A stretch of DNA of 64,000 nucleotides from Eledone cirrhosa (GCA_964016885.1 OZ024742.1:355694001-355758000), one strand, 5' to 3'. Positions 11,953-27,225 are shown, numbered from the stretch's first letter. A program made the numbers and translations. Notes: a model not told the origin generated them from the sequence alone.

Positions 11953-12393
11953 AAAGTTCTATTTAAAATTGTTGGGATACAACAAGTAAGTATTTTTATA
12001 ACTGATATAAAGCACTCGACAAGTATTTGGAGTAGATATACGATATTAATAAATGGAAACTATATTTATAAAACCATATTTATTTCATTATACATATTTC
12101 AGGGATACCAAATAAAATTATGGTATGCCTTCATCAGACAAAATACAATATATAACAGTTTTACAAATAAGCTTTGACGTACCCTATTAAAATGCAACCA
12201 TTGTTTTTGGAAGTCATCCGGATGACTTCCAAAAACAATGGTTGCATTTTAATAGGGTACGTCAAAGCTTATTTGTAAAACTGTTATATATTGTATTTTG
12301 TCTGATGAAGGCATACCATAATTTTATTTGGTATCCCTGCAAATGTGTAATGAAATAAATATGGTTTTATAAATATAGTTTCCATTTATTAAT

Positions 12394-12397
<4 letters not shown>
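11951..12397. mobile_element. Fold-back (inverted pLTR) non-autonomous PLE, family A, with hammerheads
   Basis: Arms 12043-12219 and 12220-12395 with no spacer (centre TCCGGA); intact hammerhead 12081-12145 (-); right-arm copy has GCAAA; unique tail 11951-12042. Confidence 0.85.
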
Positions 12398-12443
<46 letters not shown>

Positions 12444-12489
12444 GATATATAAATGTATATATGTATATATGTATATATGTATATATGTA

Positions 12490-15425
12490 TGTATGTATGT
12501 ATGTTCTTCTGGTTTTATAATTTCCCAATTGTTTCCAATAGAGAGAGAGTCGGTTTCTAACATAGACACAAGACTATCTCATTGGAATTTACACAACATC
12601 AACTAGGTAGATATGTATGTATGCATGCATGTGTAGATATGGATGTTATTTTATTTGTGGATGTGGATGTTTTGAGTTGTATGTGTGCATGTGTATATAT
12701 TTTGTATCTGTACATGTGTATATGCAGTTATTAGATGCAACATTTTTTGAATGTTTTACATATTTTTACTGTTCCATTAATGGATTGTACTTGTAATTTT
12801 CTAACTAGTTGTGTTCTTTCTGTTCCTGTGAAGCCTAGCTTCTCAAGATTTGTATTGAGGCAGTTACTAACATATCCCAGTGCCCCAATAATCACAAGCA
12901 TAAATCTGAGGGTGTAATCAGGATGGGGTATCTGCAGATTTCTCATCAGATTTGTATAAATATTCTCCTTTTCACTAACCTTTGATATTATATTGGCATC
13001 TGCTGGGCAGCTAATTTCCACTACTGTGCATGTTTTCTTCTCCCTGTCCCATATCATAATATCTGGTTTGTTATGCCTGCATTTTATTGGGGTTTTTCCT
13101 GGAACATTCCACCAGTACTCTTTCATATTATGTACATGGATGTCTTCCACATTGTTGTAGCTTTTAATGTGTTTATAATCGGGGCTATCTTTTTTACGAA
13201 CTGCATTGTACAGTGTTTGGCCACTACATCATGCCTCATAGGTAGATAGTACCGCGATGACATATTTGGACAGCTGCTGATGACACGGGTGATATCCTCG
13301 ATGTTAGTTCTGCAGAGTCTGCACCTGTTATGACATCAAGGTGTTTTACCTGCATCCCTATCTCTTTTGTGAATCAGGTATTTCCTGCTAATCTCCTGTT
13401 CCTGGATTACAAAAATGTATCCTTCAGAGTGGGAGCCAATATAGCGGTTTTTGTTCAAAGATAGACTACTTTCCTTATCTATATTACTCTCACTCTGGAG
13501 CTTCCTGGCAACATATCAATGCATGATATTTTGCTGATAGGCATGCAGTTTTTCATCCATGGATTCACTGCTATACTGCTAAGCGACATCCCTGGGTGTG
13601 AGTTTTTAATTATCACACAAGGAATATCTCTCAAGGAGTTCCTTCCCAACTCTCATGATCTTATCTGTTTCATGCAGATACACTTGCTCGAGAAAGGGGC
13701 TCCTACGCTTCGAGGTTCGTAGATGTTGTCGGAGAGATATGATGCGGCATTCAAATGTTGTCTGGACTGATGTTAGGCCTCTTCCCCCGTGCTTACGTTT
13801 CAAGTAAAGGCGGTCTATGTCACTGTTGATGTGGAAGTTTGCGGTGTTGTTCAGTATATTTCGAGTTCCAACATCAACTGCTCGGATATCATCTATCGTC
13901 CAATTGAGTATTCCAAACATCGATGTTAGGACAGGCACAGCAAACACATTGTGATTCACTGTTTTGTTTTGCGCAGAGAGTTCCGATGACCAGATCTTTC
14001 TTAATCGGGTGTAGTATACCCTGGTTACGTGTTCTTTATTACAGATACCTTTATAGGATATGTTCTCATCTATCCCCAGGTATATGTAGCAGTCCTCATC
14101 AGATATCGGTGAAACAGTTAGACCATTGATGTCAATGTTGCTAGATTGGGTTGCTGTTTTTCCCCGCTTTACAGTCATGTATGAGCATTTATCTTGGCAA
14201 AAATCTATTCCTATATCCTTTGAGAACGTTGTAACCAGGTCAAGTTGTTTCTTCATCCCATCCATGTTCTTGACATAGAGTTTCAGATCGTCCACAAGTA
14301 AATTGTAGGTTAGGTTCGTATTTCTGTCCTCCTGTGAGCCAATGATGTATCCCTCACATTTCTTGAGCAGAAAGGACAAGGGGTTTAATGACAAGATGAA
14401 TAATATCACAGAGAGACTGTCCCCCCTGATATATACCCCTGCAATATTTTATTTAATCAGTGAAAATAGAGTCCTCCCTCTCTGTCTTTAAACTTAGGAT
14501 AGTAGCCCAAGAAGAAAACTGCCTCTCTATGACTCTGACAATAATATCTGGGACTTTAGCAAGTTGGAGGGCCTCTATCATTCAAGAATGTGGAACAGAA
14601 TCGAAAGCTTTCCTGTAGTCCAGCCAGACTGTAGTCATATTCCTCCTAAGTTGTCGTACCTCCGACCCCAATCCCCTTTCTTTCCAGCTGCTTGTTCATA
14701 TGTGATGATGTTATTATTTTCACAGTGAACTTGGAGGAATAGGTTCAGGCAGGCTGTATATATCTTATACATCAGGTTCTGGCATGCAATGGGTCGGTAG
14801 ATTTTTGGCAAGTGGGTCTTTGTACTTGAGGACCAGTAATGTTTGTGCTAATGTCAACCATTCTGCTATAAGTATATCTCCCTTAAGAACTTGTTGGTAG
14901 AGGTCAGTATGATACCTGCGATAGAATATTAGTTTTTTGTCAAGTAGCCGACAATCATGTCTCTTCCTGGTGTTTTCTTATCTTGGAGTTTTTTTATCAA
15001 AGTCTCAACGGTACCCTCACTTATTTCGTATGTTTTTGTTGTAGTGTAGGAGCAATAGTTCTTTCGGATTTCTCTTAGCCACATTGCATCTTGGTTGAAA
15101 TTCTTCTTTTCACCCTATATTTTTCTCCAAAAGGAATCTATGTCTTCCCGTGATGGGGCCACGGTGACGCTTATTATTTTGCCCCTCATATCTCTATAGA
15201 CTGATGTTTGGTTTCGTTTGAATCTATTATTAAGCACTTTTCTCTCATCTACCTTCTTCAGTTATCGGCGTTTTTCGCTATCGGCTCTCAATTCTTGTTT
15301 GAGGGTGATCAGCTAATATTGGGGTAGTTCTGGTTCTACTGTTACCAAACATCGTCTCTATTTTATTTTTCACTCTTTGTTGGTGAGGAGTGAGATGTTT
15401 TTGGGTTTGTTTGCATGTAAGGAGC
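12490..15425 (-). mobile_element. R4/Dong-like RT-RLE non-LTR retrotransposon, 5'-truncated and frameshifted
   Basis: YRPIACQN, LDYRKAFDSVPH, LSLNPLS, LLVDDLKLY, RLYL.R..GGRGL, CRLC..EDI..CP, RHD, WWN..HNKPDI..VVEISCP..IIGALG; 3' end runs into (CATA)n/(TA)n. Confidence 0.85.
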
Positions 15426-15429
15426 ATTG

Positions 15430-16035
<606 letters not shown>

Positions 16036-16248
16036 CAGGATAGACCAGATTTAAAGTAGCTAGATGTCACCGATCTTGGAATCAGTTGAAAGTGCATAGA
16101 ACAAGATCCAACAGATTATTCGATACTTGGGATAGTAGAGTGTGGATGTATTATAAAAAGTCCGGGTACGACAGGTGAGCATTTTCCGTGTTAATAGAGG
16201 TTCAAGATTATGTAGAGTTCGAGCCTCCATGCGTCTATTTTGAATGTG

Positions 16249-16358
<110 letters not shown>

Positions 16359-16536
16359 TATTAGTTTGTCACAGTAAGTTAGGTACTCAATTCAAAGCAG
16401 AGTATAAATATTTAATGTAGAAAAGGCTTCTACAGGACTAGAACTGTAGAAGACTTTTCTACATCAACTATTAATATATATATATATATAAATGAAAGGT
16501 ATAAAAAACATTGTCGAAAGAAGCCAACAGTATCCC

Positions 16537-16578
<42 letters not shown>

Positions 16579-16683
16579 TTATGTAGATCTCAATTTACCT
16601 TGGGGGTAAACACAAATAATTAATAAATACTTTAGTCAAAGAGAAACATCAATATTTAACATGTGGAAGCCGTATATATATAT

Positions 16684-16841
<158 letters not shown>

Positions 16842-16843
16842 TA

Positions 16844-17447
16844 CTAGCAGTGGTACCCGGCAAAGCACGGGATAAGGTTATTTTGGAACGCGCGCCGCCA
16901 ACAGACCTAATCGTGGGAAAACTACATGCCTGGACAATATGTAAAGAAAATAAACAGAATGTTCTGATGGTTTGATAATCTTTAAGATTTTCCTCGATGA
17001 AGCAGTAAAAATGCAGGTTTTCACCTAATGCGGGCCCTAGGGGATCAAGAAAATGAAATGTTGTTTATGTGCATAATATGCCTTGAAATGTCGGGAAAGA
17101 CGTAACGCCTCAAAAAAGCTCTAAAAAGCTAAAAAATGAAGTTTTTCACCTAATGCGGGCTCTAGGCCATAAAAAAGTTGGATTTTCTTTGCTCACGGTA
17201 TGAAGCAGAGACTGACTAATACATAGTTACAATTTTAAGGAAATCAGTCTGACGTAACGCCTCAAAGAAACCCATAAAAACCTGAAAAAACGCAGTTTTT
17301 CACCTACGCCATTGAAAATTTGAAATTTATTTTGCTCAGAACACTCCCTCAAACATAAGTATTACTTGTGTAAAGGTTGAAAACAGTCGGTTGGGTGCTT
17401 CTCGAGTTTTAGGGATTCAAACCACAAACACAGACAGACATCTTCAG

Positions 17448-17460
<13 letters not shown>
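16844..17460 (-). mobile_element. Non-autonomous Helitron
   Basis: Minus 3' end: GC hairpin CCCGTGCTTTGCCGGG, short spacer, CTAG then T; 5' end TATATA..GTCTGTCTG; internal subrepeats TTTTCACCTA x3. Confidence 0.7.
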
Positions 17461-17503
<43 letters not shown>

Positions 17504-19321
17504 TAAAACAATGAAATAAAAATCAAGTCATTAGAAATATACTTCACTATTTTACTATCGTTTCTAGGTGATGATAATACATCGTAACTATACTTCGATA
17601 TCGCTCTATGTAAGGTTAGTTACAAAATATCAGATAAAGAGAATATTTATATACATGAAAATCACCAGCTGTTGTCAATTTCTAAAGACTTGATTTTTTA
17701 TTTCATTGTTATAACTTATATCATGACTCTGTTTTCCTTTTAATGTTTTATTGTTTTCCGGGATTTATTTTAACCTATAACATTTTCAACAAATGGATTA
17801 CATTGAGTTCTTCATGCAGACTAGATCCCACAACTTACCGTGGATATCTCTGTGTATATATATATATAAATATATGCGTGTGTGTATGTGTGTGTATGAG
17901 TGTGTTTTATTTCGTGCGTATATGCGTGTACGTATTGCGCGCGTATGTGTGTGTGTGTGTGTGTGTGGTTTAATACTTGCGTGTGTGATTCAGGAATCTG
18001 TTGATTACTTATAAGGTATTTTGTTGTATGATTTTTGTTATAGTCAATGCTGTAAGAGGTTCTGTGGTCTTTTGTGTAACTAACATTAGTATTTGACTCT
18101 TCCTTCTACTAAGTAGGCCGCTACTGTGTAACACACATTTCACAGTACATTTGAGTCGAACTATGCCAGCCAAATTAGTTGTAAATAGCTTGAACGTTTA
18201 ACCTATACCGTCCACTAATTTGTTCTATTGTGGAAAGTAACCCGGTCGGCGGATTTGAGTCAAGTCAGTTTATTTGTTGTTATTTTAAGTTCTAAAATCA
18301 CAAAGCATAATATTTCTCCATTGCCTGTATGTGTTAGTGTGCCTGTGTGAGTGTATGCGTGTGTGTGTATGTTTGTGTATAAGTGTGCAAATGTGTGAGT
18401 GTGCCTGTGGGAGTGTATGAGTGTGCAGAGTGAATGCGGGTATGTGTCTATGCTTGCGTACATAGGTCTGAGAGTGCCTATGCGGGTGAGTATATGTGTG
18501 TATGTGTGTGCGAGAGTGCCTGTGTGTGTGTGTGTGTGTGTGTGTGTAAGTGTGTGCGTGAGTGTGTGTGTGTGTGTATAGGAATAACAAGTAAATAGAT
18601 AATTAAATAAATATATGACATAGATCAATAACAAATTTTAATTTGTTATTGCTAAATATGTCAATGGGACATTCGACAATACGAAATAGCAAAAGCCAGT
18701 GCAAACGAGATTAATCAAACAGAATGAACTAAATACGGTCTAGAACTATTCAATATAATCTATTTCATTGACACTGTATATGCAGTAAATCGAACAGATA
18801 TAAAAACCGGACTAAGAATGACATTAGTCAATGTCTTGTCTAGAAAATTCCAATGATATTCGGTTCGCTAATACATTCCCTTGAAACGTCGCTTTTCTGG
18901 AAACTTTTAAACTTTCTTTTTGATGTGTATAAATGGTTCACTGCACATTCCCCAACTAATCTTATCTCCTGCCTCAGCACTTCTTCACTAAGTTTTCACT
19001 TCATCAAAACAGAAGAGAAAACTGTTGTTAAGAAAAGTAATAATCGTTTATGACCTCAAATGTCTAGAGAGTTCCACATCATTCGGACAAGGACAATTTC
19101 GCCTATAAAATTCTCCTCAATCAAATCAGAATTCACACGCGATAACACATACAGCAACACATATAATAACACACACAACAAAACAGACGATAACACATAC
19201 AAATATACTTGAGCTGATTGCACTACTTCAGAAACACATATATCTATGCGTACATTGCCTTTGTTTGTGTGGTATTATATATATATATATAAATATATAT
19301 GTGTGTTTGTATGCATGCAAA

Positions 19322-19352
<31 letters not shown>

Positions 19353-19382
19353 GCACACACACACGCACACACACACACACAG

Positions 19383-19443
<61 letters not shown>

Positions 19444-20084
19444 TGTGGATAATACGTTTGTGTGTATTAATATGCATACAGTTATATATGTATATGCATC
19501 GGTGTGGGTGCCTTCTTATGCATCATCGTTTAAATACTAGCTATTTAAACTTAATAGCCAAGCTCTCTTAATTCCAATTAGTTGAATTTCTATAGTTGAT
19601 GTCATTAGTTATCATAGCTGCACCTAGTACCCAGTTATCTCTCAGTTTCCTATTTAACTTTTAACTCATTCTCTTATTAGGTAAGAATTTTCTTTAAATG
19701 TATTTAGTAATTTGTAAACATAATATTTCATAAAAGAAACTGTTTGATAACTCATCTTCCTCTGCGTGTATCTTCTTACTCTTGCTCTTATTCTTGCTCG
19801 ATGAGCCTGGGATCATCCTAGGCCAGTGATCCCAGAGGGATCATCCTGTGTAGAGATGACACGGTTCCGTAACAGGTTGAGGGTTCTTATGGGCAGGTTG
19901 TTGGCCCTCCCGAGGATAGTCAGATGGGGTGGGCTGCCATCTTGGTCTGGAACCTATCCGTCAGACCGGCTCCTCAGTATGTGACAGCTCACACCTATGC
20001 AGATTTAGCAGGCCTCATCCAAGTTATATCTCGTTGGAGGTGTCTTGGGTAACTTAATGATAGAGACCCCAGTCCTATCATCCT

Positions 20085-20220
20085 ATTTCTACAGCTGATT
20101 AAACTGGACAAGCGTGAAATAAAGTGTCTTGCTCAAGGAAACAACACATCACCCGGTCTGAGAATTGAACTCTCAACCTTTCGATTGCAAGCCCAATGCT
20201 CTAACCACTAAGCCATGGGG
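20085..20220 (-). mobile_element. tRNA-derived CORE-type SINE fragment
   Basis: GGCTTAGTGGTTAGAGCATT..GAGAGTTCAATTCTC head and CCTTGAGCAAGACACTTT core; more decayed copy near 50710-50920. Confidence 0.7.
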
Positions 20221-21379
20221 TGGCTTTATCAGGTAACGCTCTCTTGGATTTACCAATCACACAAACCACTTCTCAACGACAAAGCCAGACCCAGGGGATC
20301 AACTAACTTACATTTTTCCACTTCTATTTCAGGTAATGTTTTGGCCCCTTTCGCTTTTCGTATATTAAACTTCAACTAATAGCTTTTCCTTTCATGATAT
20401 GTTGTTCCAGGCTTAACTGCTGAAGGTTTCCTAACAAAATCTGCATCCATTTATTTTTTTATATCAAGGATTGGGTTGGCAGAAGCCAATTACACTTTAG
20501 TGTTGATTTGCATTTTACCATCATTGCTATTGAAAACCTGTGTATTAGTAATATCCCAGTTAGTTCAATAGTTCAATTGGAATAACGCTATGTTATTGTA
20601 ACCCAAATTTCAATTACAGAAAATAGAAGAGATATAAAATCGGCAAAAGTAACTGAGAGTCATCTAGATAGCTTCTTCTATATATTTGTCTCCTCTGCAG
20701 TAAATACTGCTTTTACTGGAATACATTTTGCTCTTTTATACTTCACCTTCCTCTCCCATGAGGGTAATAACGATTTACTGAAATCATCAAATTAGCAATA
20801 ACATTTACATTTGTCTGTATATATATGACTATTCAAAATGCATCATGGCTTAATGATCTGTATGTGATCATCACCTTAACAAGAAATTTAACCCGGCTAA
20901 ATTGAGACAGCTACTGCTTTAGGGACAAGAGTGATCGCTATAAAAGTCTACTTCTACTGCGAAAATTAACGATATATGGCAGTGATTGTGATGACCTTTT
21001 CAACTCAATTTCCCTCAATTAGGCTGTTGATGTGATTTACAAAACAAAACTGTAAATACCTTATATCAGTTTGTAGTGTTTCTACATCGGAGATATGTGT
21101 TGCGATAACAACTAAATTATAATAAGCGGAATAACGTGGCAAATTGATTGAGTTGTTATAGTGTTGGCGAATATGCCGTGTATTGTTTGTTAGGTTCTGT
21201 GTGTTCTAGATTAGAAATCTCACCGTTCTCGTATTTGCCGTCAATAACATTTCTCTGATTCTCTGATCTCGAGTTAGAGACGCTACTTCTCCGAATTGTG
21301 AGATCACAGTTCCGATACTATGGGCATATGGTAAGAATGTCTCAGAAAAGAATCACTGAACAAATTTTAATGGCAAACC

Positions 21380-21760
21380 TATCGGTGGTATATCCAGAAA
21401 TAGACCCCGAGTAAGATAGTTGGATAACATTCCATGAGTTTGGCTGGTCTCACTTGGAGATCAAGCCAGATCAGTTGGCGACGGTTGCTACTGACAGGAC
21501 AAACTAGAAGGAGTGTTTGATGACTGTTCCCCCACAATCCTCTCAGGAATATGTGGAACTTTTCGGCCAATAAACAAAATAATCGCCAAGTACTTAGATA
21601 GAGTCATCTTTTCTCTGGTGTAAATCAACCTAGGTCGGGTCAGGGAAAGGTTGGCTTCCACCAGGTATTAAACAGCTTTGGACAGGTCGTATATCATAAC
21701 CATACCTCGATGATTCTCTCGGTGTTTGAAAGTTCAATGAATCCCAGAAAATATTTGAAA
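21380..21760 (-). pseudogene. Highly decayed LINE RT fragment
   Basis: DLSKA motif on minus strand near 21670-21690; raised GC. Confidence 0.3.
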
Positions 21761-21880
21761 AATAGAAATGTAAACCACTTCCTATTCAGGTTATTGTTGC
21801 AACAGCAGTGATTGGGGTGGCTGCTGTATTTCTCACTTTTATGCTACTAATGTATTATTTTCAACATGCTGACCGTATGA

Positions 21881-21910
<30 letters not shown>

Positions 21911-21916
<6 letters not shown>

Positions 21917-22325
21917 AAGTAAAATAAAAGTAAAATATTTAAAATTTAGCTTCGTTTATTACTGCTATATCTATTTCGGTGACAGCCATCTTTGGCTGTG
22001 ACCTCTTCAGGCAGTCCGAATTAGTGTGGTATAGACAAGTACATATGTTGTTGAGGTGTATAATTTTGTCAATACTCTGATATGCCCAGTTCCTGGTTCG
22101 GTTGTTATTTCACTGAGGAACATTCGGACTGCCTGAAAAGGTCACAGCCAAAGATGGCTGTCACAGAAATATATATAGCAGTAATAAACGAAGGTAAATT
22201 TTAAACATTTGACTTTTATTTTACTTTATTTTACATTACTCCGGAGTAACCAAACCAACATGCGCACTTCGTCGAGTGCTCCAGGATGCATACTGAGGTG
22301 TTGGTATACAACCAACATATACTCA

Positions 22326-22327
<2 letters not shown>
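21911..22327. mobile_element. Fold-back non-autonomous element, family C, with hammerheads
   Basis: Arms 21911-22020 and 22123-22232; intact hammerhead 21961-22015 (-): ACTGC CTGAAGA GGTCACAGCCA-AAGA-TGGCTGTCACC GAAA TAGATA TA GCAGT; tail 22233-22327. Confidence 0.85.
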
Positions 22328-22396
<69 letters not shown>

Positions 22397-22956
22397 TGCG
22401 TGTGTCAGTGTGTGTGTATGTATGTCTGCATATACATATGTTTATATGTATGAGTATATAAATATACACGCGCAAACAGAGACGCACTTCGATAAATGCA
22501 CACTCACACGCATACAGTCACACAAATACACATATATTCACACAAACACACAGACACACACACACATACATACATACATACATACAATCACACAACCACA
22601 CACACACACAGTGTGTGACGGACAGATGGATGGAATTCGTTGAAATTTATATGTAGATTACCTCGAATTGCGCTATTTATCAGTGACAAAGAAATGCTAT
22701 ATACGAGTAAATAAAAACTAATACATCAAGTGGTTTGGTTTCGTTAAAATGTTGTTATAAATTTACATTTTGTATTGGTATCTTCGTCATAGACCATGGA
22801 AATAAATCTACTTATTTGGATGAGGAAATATCATAAGAGAGATATAGATTTTAGGTTAAGCATTAATAAAATATACCTAATTTATAATTGGTGATTAACG
22901 TGTTGCTTAGACACAAAATACGTGTCTTTCTATGTGTGTGTCCGCCTAAGTCTGTG

Positions 22957-23071
<115 letters not shown>

Positions 23072-23329
23072 CCAAGAACGAACGTGTATTCAATGCCTCT
23101 ATTCAGGGGTTTCATTTGGTGGGTTCCAGAATTTAAGTTTGGAATGCCTATATTATAACGACACACATATATATATAACAATGTGTGTGTGGGGGTGGGG
23201 GTGGGCAGTATGACTGTTTGTGTATGGATATATAAATATCAATGCCTATATATATATATATGTATGTATATATATAATGAGACAAACGAGGTATAGTGAA
23301 TACTTTCCTTATTGTTCTGTTTAACTTAA

Positions 23330-23391
<62 letters not shown>

Positions 23392-23406
23392 GGGGGGAGG
23401 TGAACC

Positions 23407-23925
23407 AATAGTAAAATGAAAATAATGCAGTAGAAAATGTTGGAGGGATTTTTTCAGTATAATATCAAAATATTTATTTATGAAGTGGGGAATTCCGCAT
23501 TTAATTGTTGTACCGGTTTCAATATTATATGCTTTTTCAACGCCGGAAGTGTAAAGCCCAGTTAAATTGCATATTTTTATGAATGATAATAAAATGGGGA
23601 AGAAAGAATATTGGGTTTTACATACATAATTAGATAGGAAAGTGCATGTTTCTGTCGAAGGCTCTCTTTGGTTCCTAGCTAGTTGACCAAAAGTGGTGGT
23701 AGCAGAGAACGAAAGAGAGTTTTTCTTGTCCATTTTATTATTATCCATAAACACATGCAATTTAACACCACTTTACACATCTGTCGTTGAAAAAGCCTAT
23801 CATGTAGAAACCGGTACACGATTAAATATGGAAACCCCTACTTTATAAATAAATGTTTTGATATTATACTGAAAAAAACCTCCAGCATGTTCTACAGTAT
23901 TTTTTTCTTTTTACTATTTGCTTAT
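23407..23925. mobile_element. Older fold-back element with U3-A8 hammerhead-like cores
   Basis: Diverged arms about 23407-23557 and 23771-23925; TTGAAAA...GAAA CCGG TA in both (23507-23544 -, 23783-23820 +). Confidence 0.6.
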
Positions 23926-24773
23926 ATATATCAACTCGCATGTCACTTTTCTACATTCCATATATCTATATCTATTTATCTATATCTCTCTATATATATA
24001 ACTATATATATATATGTGGGGGGGGGGTATGTATAGTATTGGACGAGTGGGAGATTGCAAGAAATTGTAGAGTGGTTTGTTAAATGCCATGCTTGATTTA
24101 TCTTAGTTTCACTGTTTTGATTTAATGTTTCCCCAGAATTGATATTTCAAAGTTTTGTCATTGATGCACCAGGTATGTTCATATTTCGATTAAATCGACT
24201 AAATATGTGTCCTCATTTGAATATAAGAAATACCGCATCAGTTCGAAAGAGATCGATACCATTACTATATATTAAATAATGTGTATAGTAAGCATTATAA
24301 GCTCCAAGCGAAAAGAAGCCATGACACTGTTTTAATATTTTTTTTTTTTTCATTTTGAAGAAACTGTTTCATTTGACTTGGAAGATTAATGTTCCCGAGA
24401 AAGATGTAAGCATTCCAAGTCATTTATTGAAATATAACTATATAGACAACCTAATCTAGACGTAAGCACACTTCCTAAATATTTAACAAGGAAAAAGTAC
24501 TTTATTATGCACGGTAGTAAGTGAAGAAACCAAAACTATTCAGACAAGTATACTTAGTAGTCGCTGCCAATTTTTCACGAACATAATAATTATTGTTAAA
24601 GGATGTATTGAAAAATATATGAAATAAGAAACGGGGGTAGTAGAGAAGGAGAGAAATTGTTCTAAGTAAAACAAAAATTATCGTTTTGTCTATTTGATGG
24701 TATTTAATGGGTAAAAATAAACATTTCAGCACTTATCTTCGTGAATTACACGAATCCAGCCTCCTGTTATTTC

Positions 24774-24929
<156 letters not shown>

Positions 24930-25066
24930 AGTTAAACAAAATTCAATGAGTATATCAAAGAATGAGTTTTACAGTAGATTGGAAGCACTCAACGGTAAAA
25001 TAATTTTCCGGAGTTATTAATATTAGAATATAAATATTAATAAAATAGATGTTATTTTGATCAATT

Positions 25067-25123
25067 ACATTTTATTATACATATTTCGGATGTACAACAG
25101 TACGTCCTCATCAGATAAAATAT
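25067..25123 (-). ncRNA. Intact minimal type I hammerhead (family A relative) near the end of an element abutting (TA)n at 24929
   Basis: ATATTTTAT CTGATGA GGACGTAC-TGTT-GTACATCC GAAA TATGTA TA ATAAAATGT. Confidence 0.85.
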
Positions 25124-26050
25124 AATGATATATGACATACCCTGAGATGTTAAATGGTTAAGATTTAATCAAGGTAGTGATTAACATAAGAAAACATTTA
25201 ACATGTATACCCTAATAATGAGAAAATAATATTACGAAACGGTAATAAATTCAATAGAGAATGTGTGAGTGAGAAAAACGTAGCTTAATGTACCAGTTAT
25301 CGAGATTTTAATATGTATGATACTACAATTTATCTAGGAAAGCATTTCATGAATTATAACAGTCAGTGAGAGAAGGGGGGTAATGCAGAAGGAGATTTTT
25401 TTTCCGAAAGTTAAACGGTTAAGTTTGAAAATATTTCATTTATGTTATCTTAGGGTGAAGAATCAATATTTTAGGGGTTTTTTTTTAAATTGGTGATTAT
25501 TGATATCTTAGTTTAGTAAATTCTATAAGTGTGTTAAGATTTCTAAGCTTCTGAATTGTTTGATGATAAGATTAAAAGGGTTTATCTGGCCATTATTAAA
25601 GAAAGTTTACACTGTCGAATATTTTCCTAAATGTAATCTTTAATGAAGTTAGTTATTGTCAACGTATTAGGTATATAAAGCTTTTGAAGTACTTATTGTT
25701 ATAACATTTAAATAGCGGTTATGTATAAATATATATATTAATTAATTAATGAGCCAGTATATTTTAGGTAAATGATAATGAAAATAAAATAATAGGTTGA
25801 GGCATGTTAAAACTAAATATATACCCATATATAACCGTGTGAACATGTGTTAATTATTCCTAGCTCAAAGCAAAAACAATCAAAAACTTTAGAAGCAAAC
25901 TGAAAATTCTGTATATAAAGATACTTGGGAGTTATATATGGATATATTTTATATTATGTATTAGTGATACAGTATACTTTAGGTAAATGATAATGGTTAT
26001 AATTTTATATAATAAAGTTCTACGTGTTAAAGTTATATATATATATATAT

Positions 26051-27225
26051 AACAATTGTTTGGAAAGAGAGATATATTTTAACTTTATTTATATCTCATA
26101 AAATAATACAACTGGCTTTTCCACATAATACATATTGTTAGCACCCCAAACACTTAAATTGGGTTTATATTAAAATATAACCTAATGTTTGTTGAGTGAG
26201 ATGGTTACCAGTCAGAGATTAGCTTTAAACTATCTCTGTTATTGTATTAATATTTTACTCTTGATTGGCCAGAGGTGTCTATTTCCAGGTACCTTATAAA
26301 TTTGACTTTCCGTATTTATTACTGTTGTGCGATATTGTGGTTTTTATTGGTTGTAACTTCTCTGTTTTTTAGCCTAAGAAAATATATTTATGCCTATGAA
26401 TATAATTACATGCATACATTTATTTTTTAAAATTAATTGAGTTTCTTTACACGGGGAATTGATATTAGTTTTGAAATAACTATTAACCCGCGTGTGTTTT
26501 ATATTTTACTCTTAATTCATCCGGAGATTTACATTCCCATTTGCCCTTCTAAGCATAACTTTCCGTATTTACTACGGTTACGAGATGCGGTTTCTTATTC
26601 AGGTACAACCTCTGATTTAGCCTAAGAAAATATCTATATGCGTGTGTAATTTATACACGCATATATTTATTTTTTTATTTTCAATTGAGTTCTTAACACG
26701 TTGGATTGATAATGTTTTCGAATAAACTGATTAACCCGCGTGTATATTATTTTTTTCCCTCCTTTCGTGGATCGTAGTTGTCTCCCCTTCCCGCTTAGTG
26801 ACGCTATAACACTTCCTCAGTCAAAAACTGCTGGAATTTCAAATTTGCCGGTCACTCGATGCGGGAAGGAGCAACTTAACGGACATGATTTTTAACCGTG
26901 GTAAGAAATGTTTTTCTCATATCAAGGTTTAATGGGCATCCACTGATGATTTATAAGCGCCCACCTAAATATATTCTTACAAGAATGTATATTAGGCTTC
27001 TACATAAACTGGAAATATTGTCCGAATTTGTAGAAAACTTATGATGAAACAATTGTTTAAACTTTATTTATATCTCATAAAATAATAGAACTTGTTTTTC
27101 CACATAATACATATTGTTAGCACCCCAAACACTTAAATTGGGTTTATATTAAAATATAACCTAATGTTTGTTGAGTGAGATGGTTACCAGTCAGAGATTA
27201 GCTTTAGTCTATCTCTTTTATTGTA

